DNA of 64,000 nt, from assembly GCA_963816395.1 (NCBI GenBank), contig CAWFKQ010000014.1, positions 44,311 through 108,310 on the forward strand. Direction: 5' to 3'. The notes under the pieces are model-generated. The model searched no databases. It had not been told where the DNA came from and worked only from the letters and a program-made list of their open reading frames with translations. Numbering within the stretch: the stretch's first letter is position 1; the number at the start of each line of letters is the position of its first letter. Below, in pieces: positions 9,581 through 20,972 of the stretch. The position numbers were made by a program, and so were the translations under genes. This stretch comes from an uncultured delta proteobacterium. Its GTDB lineage: Bacteria > Desulfobacterota > Desulfuromonadia > Desulfuromonadales > JACZKF01.

Positions 9581-11542
9581 CAGATCTCCCTCCCGATCCG
9601 GTGGCCTTCCCAGATCGCCATGTCGACCTTGCGGGGAGCGACGCTGTCGCCGATCCGGTACAGCTCCTTCACCTTCCCTTTCAGCTCTTTATAAAGGGCG
9701 TCGTCCGCCCGCTGCCCCATGGCGAGGACGATGGAGTCGTACGGCCCCCACTCCTGCCAGACGTTGGAGTAGACGTTGAAGCCCTTGACCGTCTTGGCGC
9801 CGGTATCGCCGCCGACCTCCATCACCGCGATGTCGGGGGTGAAGGTGACGCCCTTCTGCAGGAGCCGCTGCCGGGTCAGGTAGAGGTCCTGGGTCGGCCC
9901 CAGTTCGGCGCCGATGAACAGGCTGGAGGTGATGATATGCACCGTCTTGCCGCGGATGGCGAGCAATTCGGCGGTGGCGGTCGCCCGGTGGTGGCCGTCG
10001 TAGTCGATCAGGCAGACCTTCTCCCCCAGCTCCGGCTGCTCATCGAGTACCTGCCAGACATTGAAGACAGAGGGGCCATCGGCGCCGCCGACCGGGTGCT
10101 CCTTGGGCACGCTGCCGGTGGCGACGATCACCACGTCCGGGTTCTCGGCCACGACCCGGCCGGCCGTCGCCTCGACCCCGAGGCACACCTTGACGCCGGC
10201 CTTGTCGACCTGCTCCTTCTCGTTGCGGACGATGACGCCGAACTCGTCGCGGCCGGTCCCCTTCATGGCGGTCAGGACCTGCCCGCCGAGGCTTTCGTTG
10301 CGGTCGTACAGGGTCACCTGGTGGCCGCGGCGTCCCGCCATCTTGGCCGCCCACATGCCGCCGGGGCCGCCGCCAACGACCGTCACCTTCTTCGCCACCG
10401 CCGCCTTCGCCAGCGTCCCTTCCCCCCACTCCTTCTCCCGCCCGACGGCCGGGTTCTGCACGCAGCCGAGGAGCTTGTTCATGCCGATGCGGCCGATGCA
10501 CCCCTGGTTGCAGGCGATGCAGTAGCGGATGTCCTCCATGCGCCCCTCGTAGGCCTTCTTCGGCAGGAACGGATCGCAGATCAGGGCGCGGCACATGCCG
10601 ATCATGTCGGCCTGGCCGGCGGCCAGGACCTTCTCCGCCATCACCGGATCGTTGATGCGGCCGGTGCAGAAGACCGGCAGCTTGATCTTCTCGCGCACCC
10701 CGGCGGCGAGCGGGATGGTGTAGCCGAGGGGGGTGTGCATCGAGCCTTCGACCAGGTAGAGGTTGTAGAAGGTGGCGATGGAGAGATCCATGAAATCGAT
10801 GAGGCCCGACGCCTCGAAGCGGGCGCAGATCTCCTGCACCTGGGCGAGATCCAGGCCGCCCGGGATCATCTCGTCGGCGCACATGCGCACGCCGAGGGTG
10901 AAGTCCCGCCCCACCGCCTTGCGCACGCGCCGAGATGAACATCAGCGGGGCGCGCAGCCGGTTCTCCAGGCTGCCGCCGAACTCGTCCTGGCGGAAGTTG
11001 GTCAGCGGCGAGAGGAACTGGCGGGCCAGGCTCGAATGCCCGAACTGCAGCTCGATGCCGTCGAAGCCCCCCTCGCGCACGTGGATGGCGCTTTTGGCGA
11101 AGTAGCGCGCCACCTCCTCGATGTCCTCCGGCTCCATCTCCTTCGGCGTCTCGCGGAAGAGCACGTCCGGCATCGGCGAGGGCGCCCACACCGGCAGGCG
11201 CGAAATGGAGCCGTCCCCCTGCTGCCCGTTGTGGTTGAGCTGGGCGAAGATCCTGGCGTCGAACTGGCGGACGTAGTCGGTGACCTTGCGGAAGCCGGGG
11301 ATCACCTCGGGGTGGTAGACGTCGATCAGCTTCTCGTAGGCCATGTCCGTGGGATGGACGCTCATCTCCTCGGTGATGACGAGACCGGCCCCCCCCTTCG
11401 CCCGCTCGCCCCAGTAATACATCTGGCGCTCGCTGGGGAGGTTCTTCACCGCCAGGTTGGTCAGGTGCGGCTGGAAGGAGATGCGGTTCTTCAGCTCCAC
11501 CGTGCCCAGCTTGATCGGGGAGAAAAGGTAAGGGAACATCAT
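9580..11542 (-). CDS. Mycofactocin-associated FadH/OYE (TMADH-like) FMN/4Fe-4S oxidoreductase; frameshift near 10930
   Basis: LFSPIKLG..LKNRI, GFDGIEL, FLSPLTN.RQDEFGGSLENR, CIACNQGC Fe-S motif, VVGGGPGG; joins ORFs 10040..11542 and 9580..10926. Confidence 0.9.
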
Positions 11543-11575
11543 GGGTTTAGGCTCCTTTGGTCGTTTCTTTCACCA

Positions 11576-11660
11576 TCCCCTCACCCCCCTCCTATAAAGG
11601 TGGGGGAAAGACCTTTAGCCCCCTCTCCCCTGGTGGGAGAGGTCTGGGGAGAGGGGGGAT
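11576..11660. repeat. REP-like palindromic element (CCCCTCTCCC...GGGAGAGG)
   Basis: CCCCTCTCCCCTGGTGGGAGAGG hairpin with flanking CCCCTCACCCC and GGGGAGAGGGG between mftC and the OYE gene. Confidence 0.6.
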
Positions 11661-11664
11661 GTGT

Positions 11665-12706
11665 CTACGCCGCGGCCGTCTCGCGCTCGTCGGCGATGGA
11701 GCGTCACGCAGCGCTCGAGGCACTCCGGGTCGCCGCCGTCGATGCGGTTCTTCAGGTGGTAGGCGACCGCCGGGCAGCCGCCGTGGCACTGGTCGAAGCG
11801 CTGGCACTCCTCGCAGGAGCGGATGCGCAGGTTGCGCAGGGATGCGAAGATCGGCGCGCCGTCCCACATCTCCTGGAAGGTCTGGGTGCGGATCGAGCCG
11901 GCCAGGAACTCCTCCCGCTGCAGGAAGGCGCAGGGGTAGAAATCGCCCCGCGGGCCGACGCAGGCGGTCAGCTTGGCGGCGCCGCAGAGGTTGAGCCCGA
12001 GCCCCTGGCGCTCCTGCGGGGTCAGGGAGAAGAAGCTGTCGCCGGTGCGCACGTCCCCCTGGCGGCTCAGCCAGTCGGAGAAGGCGAGGAGCTGCCCGGG
12101 CCGCGGGCGCAGGTCCTGCCAGTTCTCGCTGCCGCGCCCCGAGGGGCGAAAGCGGCTGACCCGGAAGGAGACGCCGAGCTGCTTGGCCAGCTCGTGCAGG
12201 TCCGGGATCTCGTGGGCGTTCAGGGAGGTCAGCACGGTATTGATGCTGGTCGGGATGCCGGAGCGGGCGAGCAGCGTCAGCGCCTCGATGGCGGCGGCAT
12301 GGGTGCCGCGGCCGCGGATCGCTTCGCAGGTCTCCTTGCGGGCGCCGTCCATGCTCACCTGGATGGCGACCAGCCGGGTGGCGGCCAGCCGCGCCACCCG
12401 CTCGGCGTCGAGGCAGGTGCCGTTGGTCGAGATGCAGGTCATGATGCCGCGCTCGTGGCAGGCGCCGAGGATCTCTTCGAAGTCGGGGCGCAGGAACGGC
12501 TCGCCGCCGCCGAAGTTGATCTGGAAGACGCCGGCCGCATGGATCTGCTCGACCAGGTCGAGGGCCTCGGCGGTGTTCAGCTCGTCCGGCGCCGTCTCGG
12601 CGGAGGCCGACAGGCAGTGCCGGCAGCGCAGGTTGCAGGCGTAGGTCACTTCCCAGGTCAGGTTGACCGGGGAGCGCAGTCCCATCTCAACAAATCGGTT
12701 GCTCAC
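11665..12706 (-). CDS. mftC: Mycofactocin radical SAM/SPASM maturase MftC
   Basis: SPVNLTWEVTYACNLRCRHCLS, QINFGGGEP, LNLCGAAKLT, SPASM CEEC..C.GGC; follows mftAB; probable indel near 11700 (true end ...SIADERETAAA). Confidence 0.93.
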
Positions 12707-12944
12707 GGAGAAATCCTCTTTCTAGAAGTTGCGCCAGGAACTTGCGCAATATTTTCTGCTGCGGCGCCGACAGCCCCGGGGGGAGTTCGTCCCGGCGGCG
12801 CTCGGCGGCGAAGAAGTCGGCGGGGAGAAGTCTGCCGGTTTCGGCGAAGAGAAGGCGCGGCCCCCTGGAGTCGTAAAACAGGAGGCCGAACCCCTCTTGC
12901 CGCACGCGGCAGGCGGGATGCAGCCGGATGCCTGCCGCTTCCAT
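12687..12944 (-). CDS. mftB: Mycofactocin chaperone MftB (PqqD/RRE-like)
   Basis: RLHP...RQEGFGLLFY, a variant of the RPExFGAL signature; lies between mftA and mftC. Confidence 0.88.
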   Translation of the reverse strand: MEAAGIRLHPACRVRQEGFGLLFYDSRGPRLLFAETGRLLPADFFAAERRRDELPPGLSAPQQKILRKFLAQLLERGFLREQPIC

Positions 12945-12945
12945 C

Positions 12946-13053
12946 TCAGTACACCCCGCAGATGCCGTCGATAGCGAGTTCCTCGATCTGGATTTCCTCC
13001 AGGATCATGGGCTCTTCGTTGCAGGTTTCGTCTACTTGCTTTTCCGTTTCCAT
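12946..13053 (-). CDS. mftA: Mycofactocin precursor peptide MftA: METEKQVDETCNEEPMILEEIQIEELAIDGICGVY
   Basis: Translated by hand; C-terminal IDGICGVY (canonical IDGMCGVY); AAAGGAG RBS; not in the ORF track. Confidence 0.95.
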   Translation of the reverse strand: METEKQVDETCNEEPMILEEIQIEELAIDGICGVY

Positions 13054-13113
13054 CTTGTCTCTCCTTTCAAAGGTCTGGCGCCCCATAATGTTGCGCGATC
13101 TATTCCCCTACTC

Positions 13114-13130
13114 TGCAACGCCGGTGCCAA
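13114..13130 (-). promoter_or_regulatory. sigma54 promoter of the mft operon
   Basis: TTGGCAC-CGGCG-TTGCA on the minus strand. Confidence 0.88.
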
Positions 13131-13255
13131 TAATAGAACATTGGTCTATGTCAGCATTTTCCCGCTGCCGCGCCCGGGCCGTTTTCCTTGACCGGGCCGT
13201 TATGGGGAGAAATTGGACATTGTACAACCGGTGGACTTTTTCGAAGGAGAGGTTG

Positions 13256-13290
13256 CTGGTGAATTTTTCTACAGTGAGGAGCTTGTCCAC
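13256..13290. promoter_or_regulatory. Tandem 17-bp candidate enhancer (EBP) sites
   Basis: CTGGTGAATTTTTCTAC-A-GTGAGGAGCTTGTCCAC, about 125 bp upstream of the sigma54 promoter. Confidence 0.6.
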
Positions 13291-13393
13291 ACTTTCCAAA
13301 CCATTGTTTTATGATATTGGCGTTTGTCAATAGTGGAACGGGAGTGCATGATAGGTCCTATACGTGTCCAACTGGACCTATAATGGAGTCGTC

Positions 13394-13891
13394 ATGCCGG
13401 AACCGAACTCGCACTGCTCCTTCTGCGGGGCTGAATTCTCTCCGTCTGCGGCGTGGCCGCGGAAGTGCCGCGCCTGCGGGAATACCACCTATCGCAACCC
13501 GATTCCGGTGGTGGTGGTCCTGCTGCCGGCAAACGGCGGCCTGGTTGCCATCCGGAGAAACATCGAACCGCAAAAGGGGCTGCTCGCGCTGCCCGGCGGC
13601 TATCTCGATTACGGGGAGAGCTGGCAGGAAGGGGCGAGCCGGGAGCTGCGCGAGGAGACGGGGATCGAGATCGCCCCCGAGGACCTTCGGCTCTACGACG
13701 TCCTGACCGCCCCGGACGGAACGATCGTCATCTTCGGCCTGGCCGGGAAAGGTATCCGGGGTCCGGTGGCCGCGCATTCCTCGGCGGAGACCCTGGAAGT
13801 CGTCGTCATCGACCGGACGACCGAGCTGTGTTTCGAGCTGCACAACCAGGTGACGGCCAGATATTTTACCGAGAACGACAGGCGGAGCTGA
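13394..13891 (+). CDS. NUDIX hydrolase with N-terminal zinc ribbon
   Basis: CSFCG...CRACG; PGGYLDYGESWQEGASRELREETG Nudix box. Confidence 0.9.
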   Translation: MPEPNSHCSFCGAEFSPSAAWPRKCRACGNTTYRNPIPVVVVLLPANGGLVAIRRNIEPQKGLLALPGGYLDYGESWQEGASRELREETGIEIAPEDLRLYDVLTAPDGTIVIFGLAGKGIRGPVAAHSSAETLEVVVIDRTTELCFELHNQVTARYFTENDRRS

Positions 13892-14026
13892 ACGAGCACC
13901 GGCCAGCCATCACCAACCTCCGAGCACTCCCGTCGCCAGCATTTCACCAGGCACTCCCCCGGGTTAAAGGCCCCCCATTCCCCTGTATAATAGCTGGGTG
14001 TTGGCCCGCACCTGGGGACAAACACC

Positions 14027-15365
14027 ATGGAGAGATTCCCGAAATCCGCCATCTCGCGGTTGCATACCTGGCTGAAGCGGCTGGTCAGGGTGGAACCGGA
14101 AGAAATCCCGGCGCTTCTCTGGTCGTTCAGTTACTTTTTTGCCCTGCTGTGCGCCTATTACATCGTGCGGCCGATGCGCGACGAGATGGGGATCGCCGGC
14201 GGCGTCGAGCATCTGCAGTGGCTCTTTACCGGCACCTTTCTGGCGATGCTGGCCGCGGTCCCCCTGTTCGGCTGGGTGACCTCGCGCTATCCCCGCCGGC
14301 GGTTTCTCCCCCTGGTCTATCTCTTCTTTATCGCCAACCTGCTCCTCTTTTTCGGCCTGTTTCGCTCCGGCCTGACCCACGCCTGGGTGGCGCGGGCCTT
14401 TTTCATCTGGACCAGCGTGTTCAACCTGTTCATCGTCTCGGTCTTCTGGAGCTTCATGGCCGACCTGTTCAGCAATGCCCAGGCCAAGCGCCTGTTCGGT
14501 TTCATCGCCGCCGGCGGCACCGCCGGGGCGCTGGCCGGCCCGGCCCTGACCGCCACCCTGGCCATCCCCCTGGGGCCGACCAACCTGCTGCTGATCTCCG
14601 CCGCCGGTCTCGGCTGGGCGATCCTCTGCATCCACCGGCTGATCGCCTGGAGCGCGGGGGCCGACCCGGACCGGCCGGCGCCGCCGGCCGGCGGGAGAAC
14701 CGCCCGCCGGCCGGCAGGGAGCGGGGCCTGGGCGGCGGGGCGCTGGCCGGGGTCCGGCTGATCGCCCGCTCCCCCTACCTGCTGGGGATCGGCCTGCTGA
14801 TCCTGCTCTACACCACCCTGTCGACCTTCCTCTATTTTCAGCAGGCCACATCGTCCGCGACAGTTTCAGCGACCCGGCCACGCGCACCACGGTCTTTGCG
14901 GCCATGGATTTTGCCGCCAACGCCCTGACCCTCGTCATCCAGGTCTTTCTCACCAGCCGCATCGTCAGGGGCTTCGGCCTGGGCTGGAGTCTGGCGCTGA
15001 TCCCCCTGCTGCTGGGGGGCGGCTTTCTGCTCCTCGGCGCGGCGCCGCTGCTGGGGGTGCTGGTCGCCGTTCAGGTGGTGCGCCGGGCCGGCAATTACGC
15101 CATCATGAAGCCGTCCCGGGAAATGCTCTTCGTCGTTCTCGACCAGGAGGAAAAGTACAAGGCGAAAAACGTGATCGACACGGTCATCTACCGCAGCGGC
15201 GACGTGGTCAGCGCCTGGGCCTATGCGGGGCTGCAGGCCCTCGGGCTCGGCCTTTCCGCCATCGCTTTCCTTGCCGTGCCGGTGGCCGGGGTCTGGGCGT
15301 GGATCTGCTTCCGGCTCGGCAGGATGCAGGAAGCCGAGCGCAAATCAGAGGAGGTATCGCCATGA
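14027..15365 (+). CDS. MFS / NTP-NDP exchanger-like transporter; frameshifts near 14720 and 14848
   Basis: YYIVRPMRDEMG, SVFWSFMAD, AKRLFGFIAAGG, KYKAKNVIDTVIYR. Confidence 0.82.
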
Positions 15366-16291
15366 GAGGAATCGATCATCCGATGTCCCGAAGAACCTTC
15401 GTCGGCTCGCTGGCCGCCGCGCTGGCGGCCGCCTGGCTGGTCCTCCCGGCGTGCGCGCCGGCGGAGAAGGACCTGATCCGAAAGGCCATCCCGGGCACCG
15501 GGGAAACGCTGCCGGTCATCGGCCTGGGCACCTCGCGGACCTTCGACGTCGGCAATGATGAGGCCGCCCTGTCGGACCTCGCCGAGGTCCTGCAGGCCTT
15601 TTTCGCCAACGGCGGAGAGCTGATCGACTCCTCCCCCATGTACGGCACGCGGAGCGGTGGTCGGCGGGCTGCTGAAGCGGGTCGGTCACCGCGAGACCTG
15701 TTCGCCGCCACCAAGGTCTGGACCGACGGCCGGGAGGCCGGCATCCGGCAGATGGAGGATTCGCGGCGCAAGTGGGGGATCGCCGCTTCGACCTGATGCA
15801 GATCCACAACCTGCGCGACTGGCAGACGCATCTGCCGACCCTGCGCGCCTGGAAAGCCGAGGGCAAATCCGCTACATCGGCATCACCACCTCCCACGGCC
15901 GCTTCCACCGGGAACTGGAGGAGATCCTGCGCAACGAGCCGCTCGACTTCGTCCAGTTCAGCTACAACATCGAGGACCGCACCGCCGAGGAGCGCCTGCT
16001 GCCGCTGGCGGCCGAACAGGGGGTGGCGGTTCTGGTCAACCGCCCCTTCCAGCGCGGCGAGCTGTTCCGCAAGGTCAAAGGGAAGCCGCTGCCCGACTGG
16101 GCCGCCGAGTTCGACTGCGCCAGCTGGGGGCAGTTCTTCCTCAAGTTCATCGTCTCCCATCCGGCGGTCACCTGCGCGATACCCGCCACTTCCAAGGTCC
16201 GCCACATGGAGACAACATGGGGGCAGGATTCGGCCGGCTGCCCGATGCCGCGATGCGCCGGAGAATGGTGGACTATTTCGATTCGTTGTAA
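15362..16291 (+). CDS. Aldo/keto reductase with Tat signal; several frameshifts
   Basis: SRRTFV twin-arginine, LPVIGLGT, IDSSPMYG, ATKVW, DLMQIHNL, AIPATSK spread over several frames. Confidence 0.78.
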
Positions 16292-16629
16292 CCGGAGAGG
16301 TTCGCGAGGCAGCGAGTCCCCCGCATCCCCTCCGGCGGCAGGGTGGTGCGGAACATGGTGGCGACGCCGCGGGGGAATCTCTATCCGGCCTGCAGTGAAC
16401 AAGGCGCCGTGGTGATGATAGAATAAGCAGAATCTTCGCAGCCGGCCCGGGCCTATCAGGCGCGCTTGTAATTGACAGAGGTTCGGCTTAGGCGGGTTCG
16501 GCTGACCAGGCGGCGTGAACGAAAGGAAACAGGGGTGAACGGTCTACACTACTGACAAGTATTCTTGCACGGCGATGTCAATATGTACCGACACCCTCAG
16601 CCCCTCCATACAAGAGGAGAACGGATAGC

Positions 16630-16926
16630 ATGAAGGTTCTGGTTGATTTGTGCATCGTCCCAGTCGGTGTCGGGGTGTCCCTCTCCCCCTATATTGCGGC
16701 CTGCGAAAGGGTAATGACCGCGGCCGGTCTGAAGACCTCACTGCATTCGTACGGCACGAATATCGAGGGAGAGTGGGACGAGGTGTTTGCGGCGGTGAAG
16801 CGTTGTCACGAAGTCGTCCATGAGATGGGCGCGCCGCGGATCACCACAACCATCAAGCTGGGCACCCGGACGGACCGGGTCCAGACAATGGAGGATAAGG
16901 TGAGGAGCGTGAAGGAGAAGCTCTGA
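16630..16926 (+). CDS. MTH1187/YqgV family thiamine-binding protein
   Basis: VPVGVGVSLSPYI, YGTNIEGEWDEV, GTRTD. Confidence 0.88.
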   Translation: MKVLVDLCIVPVGVGVSLSPYIAACERVMTAAGLKTSLHSYGTNIEGEWDEVFAAVKRCHEVVHEMGAPRITTTIKLGTRTDRVQTMEDKVRSVKEKL

Positions 16927-17259
16927 GCCGGGAAAATCTGGTATTGGCGCGGCTTTCCCCCTCCCTTGATAAAAAGCCTCGAACAGCAGCGACCACTTGT
17001 CCCCCACGAGGTCGAGGGTGTTCGCAACGGGGCAGGGGGAGCGCCGAAATCCTTCTTGTTTCTTCGAGCTGTTTCAGACACGGCGCCAGGCAATAAATTC
17101 AGGTGAGCAGGCTAACGGGTGGAGATCTGCAAGTAGCTGATTTTCAGCTACTTTGACAACCGTCGAGGTGGTGATAAAAAAGCATTAACCGCTCGCAAAT
17201 GCGAAGAAAGCGGTCTTTCGGAAATTCCAAACACACGCCATCGGGAAGGAGAACCGATC

Positions 17260-17451
17260 ATGATTAAAGTCGCATTAACAGCGGTCCTGGCAATGGTGGT
17301 TGTCGGGTGTGCAGGGCCGGGGGCGGTCGGACGAACAAGCAACCAGGAGTTCAGGGAAGGGGTCGGTTACAATCGGCCCGCGGAACCCAATTTCCCCACG
17401 GGAGTAGCGGACGTTGGCGTCCCGAAAAATGTGCCGGGCGCGATTAATTAG
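17260..17451 (+). CDS. Small putative lipoprotein
   Basis: AAGGAG RBS; signal peptide with VVGC lipobox. Confidence 0.6.
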   Translation: MIKVALTAVLAMVVVGCAGPGAVGRTSNQEFREGVGYNRPAEPNFPTGVADVGVPKNVPGAIN

Positions 17452-17550
17452 CCGATGATCGATCCTGAGCTTTCGGTCGATCCGAAAGTCGTTAACATCG
17501 GGGGCTGAAGTTCGCCTATCACCACTGACCAGCCCAGTACAACGCCAGAT

Positions 17551-17597
17551 AAAAGGGGATAGGCTGCTGTTCCGAAAAACGCAGCCTATCCCCTTTT
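17551..17597. terminator. Bidirectional intrinsic terminator
   Basis: AAAAGGGGATAGGCTGC...GCAGCCTATCCCCTTTT between convergent genes. Confidence 0.8.
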
Positions 17598-17653
17598 CAG
17601 CCTTTGATCCTCGCTTCACCCCGATCCAGATGCAAGCAGAAGTGCCAAGAATT

Positions 17654-18146
17654 TCAGGGTGATGGCATTGGGAACTGTATATAAGGCGGGGGTGGCGTTT
17701 TATCTGGCGGCACATAGGCCGGCGCCGGTTCGCCGGCCGGCCCCAGTGCCCTGGCCAGTTGATGGATCGCCCTCAGATCGCTTTCGCTCATATCCCGAAG
17801 CGCAAACCAGGGCATCGGCGGGCGGGAGCGCAGGGTCCTGGCAAATTGCACCCATTTATCTTCGGAATATGCTTTGCGCGAAAAGCCGCAGATTGGTTGG
17901 ATAGGTCGTGCCCCACGGTCCATGCCAACCGAGTTTATCGCCAACGAGCCACCGCGCTTCCGGGAGCAGCCCTCCGGACTCGGCATATCCCGGCGTATGG
18001 CAGTCATTGCAGCCGGCTATCCTGACGAGATATCTCCCGCGCTCCTGTTGCGGCTCTGATCCCCCCTGAAAAGGGTCTGACTGCGCCGTTCCTGAAAGAA
18101 CCACCATGCCGACCACGAGTAACATGACCTGTCCATACTTGGGCAT
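17654..18146 (-). CDS. Monoheme cytochrome c; frameshift near 17875
   Basis: Signal peptide, RGRYLV...GCNDCHTPGY, GPWGTTYP.NLR, PPMPW. Confidence 0.8.
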
Positions 18147-18165
18147 GGAACCTCCTTCGATAACT

Positions 18166-18801
18166 TCACCCCTGTCGCCACATCCTCGCCGTCTCCTGGG
18201 CGAAATCCTCGAACCTGCGCGGTGCGTGCCCGAGCAGTTTCGTCAAACGCTCAATGTCCGCGGGGACGGCCTGGAGACCCTTTTCCTGGAAGAACCGGTA
18301 CATGAGCCGGAAGTCGAAGGCCATCCACGCGGGCAGGAACGACAACGATTGCTGCTCCCAGCTGCCGAGATCGTTGCCGCCGTAGCGGATGGGTTTGCCC
18401 AAGGCGCGGGTCCCGTGTAGGGAACGCCTGCAGACTTGACGACCTTCTCGATCGGGAGCTTGGCGCCGAAATGTGGCAGATGCAAAGCAGATTCCAGATT
18501 GAATACTGACATATACACGAGGCGCTTCACGCCTGACATGCGGATGCCATTCAAGGCCATGAGGCCTTCATGCGTCTCCGTGGGGCTGACGGCGTTCAGC
18601 AGGAAAACGCCGTCCATGCCCTTGAATACGGAGCGCACCGTCCCTGTATCGAGCAGGTCGCCGATCACGGCCTGAGCCCCTGCGGGGAGGCTCCGGCTTG
18701 GTACTGCGCGTGAGCACCCGGACCTCCACCCTGCGCGCCAGCAATTCGCGCACGACCTGCGAACCTGTCGTTCCCGTCCCGCCGACCACAAGGATTCTCA
18801 C
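18166..18801 (-). pseudogene. NmrA family NAD(P)-binding protein, frameshifted and internally deleted
   Basis: ILVVGGTGTTGS start and LLGHAPRRFEDFA end; about 210 codons over several frames; middle missing near 18410. Confidence 0.7.
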
Positions 18802-18964
18802 CTGAGGCCCTCCCTGGCTGAGCGCTTGACCGATGCTGAACAAGATAGCACGGATACTACAAGGGGCAACTCTGAAGGGGGCGGGAAGAGTTCGGGGGAT
18901 GAGTGGCGCTGAGGCTGGTGAGAGGGTCCTCTGCTCTTCCGGCACGGCCTCGCCTGACTTTTGC

Positions 18965-19070
18965 CCCTCCGCCGGGCAACCTCGGAGCGGGGGAGTCCTT
19001 CGCGTTTCGCTTCTTCGGCCAGGCGGTGATCCAGGTCATCGAGGAGGCGCAGGCTCAACCGTCATCGCGG
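18965..19070 (-). pseudogene. CopG/RHH DNA-binding protein fragment
   Basis: SLRLLDDLDHRLAEEAKREGLPRSEVAR, then similarity is lost. Confidence 0.5.
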
Positions 19071-19173
19071 GAGGCTTGCTTCTTTGTTTTTTATTGACGA
19101 CAGCCGTCGGAACAAGTAGGAAGATACATGTCCATGTGAAGCGGTTATTTGAAACCTTTTTACAGGATAAACA

Positions 19174-20894
19174 ATGAGCCGCAAAAACCTCGCCGAAGAA
19201 AGAACAAGGGAAGACCTGCTTTTCGAGATTGCAGAGTTGCGGGCCCGTCTCGCATCCCTCGAGGCGAGTGGCCGCAGATCGGACCAGAACGGCGGCAGAG
19301 GTGAGCAGGGGCCACCAGGGGGCGGGCATAGCTGCACCCGTTGGAACCGGCCGAGCGGGCCCTGCGCGAAAGTGAAGAGCAACTGCGCATCCTCTTTGAC
19401 AGCGCCCCGGTCGGCATGATCGTGGTCGATCCGGTCGACCTGAAATTTTTGCAGGTCAACCGCAAAGCCCTCGAACTCTCCGGCTTCACCCGGGAGGAAT
19501 TCGACCACCTGACGGTTCTCGATTTCGAAGCCCATTTCCCTCCCGACGAAGTCAGCGCCAGAGGACAAAAATACAGTCGCGAAGGGTGGCACCAGTTCGA
19601 CACCCGGATACGCACCCGGCAGGGGAAGCTGCATGATCTGCGGGTCACCGGCGAGTCGGTCCAACTGGGTGGACGCCCCTATCTCCTGCAGATCATCGAA
19701 GATATTTCCGCCAGCAAAATCCTCGAACGGCAGTTAATGCAGGCCAAAGATGCGGCCGAGGAGGCGAGCCGGGCCAAAGGGGAATTCCTGGCCAACATGA
19801 GCCATGAGATCCGCACCCCTCTTACGGTCGTGATGGCCTGCCTGGAGCACCTCCTCGGCACCTGCGCAGGGGCCGAGCAACAGGACCTTCTGCAACTGGC
19901 GAACAGCTCTGCTGATCGTCTGCATGCGCTGATCGAGGACGTTCTGGACCTTTCACGGATCGAAGCCCGACACCTGGAAGTCAGCTGCTCGGCATTCAAC
20001 GTGAGAGAATGCGTCGGCAGCGCCATCGAACTTCTTCGTCTGCAGGCGGAAAATAAAGGCCTGGAACTTCGCTGCGAGATCGACCCGGCGGTCCCGGCGA
20101 CCGCCAATGCCGACCCCTGCCGGCTATCCCAGGTTCTCACGAACCTGATCGGCAACGCGGTCAAATTCACTGCCGCAGGAGCCGTGACGGTGCGACTTGA
20201 GTCCACGCCGGAGGGTCTGCTTTTCTCCGTCCGTGACACGGGAATCGGCATCGCCGAGAGTAACCGCGACCGGCTGTTCCAGAGCTTCAGTCAGATCGAC
20301 AGCTCCCTTACCCGCAAGTATGGCGGTACCGGTCTGGGACTTGCCATCAGCAAAACCCTGGTGGAGTTGATGGGCGGCAGCATCTGGTTGGAGAGCGAGG
20401 AAGGGATTGGCAGCGTTTTCTCGTTTACCCTCCCCACGAACCCGACCACCCCTGCAGGCGGAAAGTTCGGCGCAAGGGAAAAGTCAACGACCTCTTCGCC
20501 AGGGGTCGTTCATGCCGGCCGGCTTCTGCTGGTCGAAGACGATCCCCGGGTGCGGAGAGTGCTAAGGCTGATGCTGAGCGAGCGCGGCTGGGAGGTGGCG
20601 ATTGCCGCCAGCGGCGAAGAAGCGGTGCAGCAATGGCTGCAGGGGGGAATCGACCTGATCCTGATGGACCTGCAGATGCCGGACACGAACGGCCTGGAGG
20701 TCACGCGGACCATCCGGGAACAGGAAGCGAAAATTGGCGGGCGAATCCCCATCGTCGCTCTGACCGCGCATGTGCGGCCCGAAGACCGGGAAAGCTGCAG
20801 GGCGGCCGGGATGGACGATTTCCTCAGCAAACCGGTAACCAGGGACCACCTCTTCGCCACGATAGACATCCATCTGCGGTCGCGGCGCCGGTGA
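19174..20894 (+). CDS. PAS hybrid sensor histidine kinase with receiver; frameshift near 19320
   Basis: FLANMSHEIRTP, NLIGNAVKFT, GGTGLGL, DLILMDLQMP. Confidence 0.9.
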
Positions 20895-20972
20895 CCGCGC
20901 CGGGTCCTCCCCCCGAAACTCCCGCCCTTTTATAACAGACGCACTGCTTCAGGTGGGGTTATTTTTGTCGGC

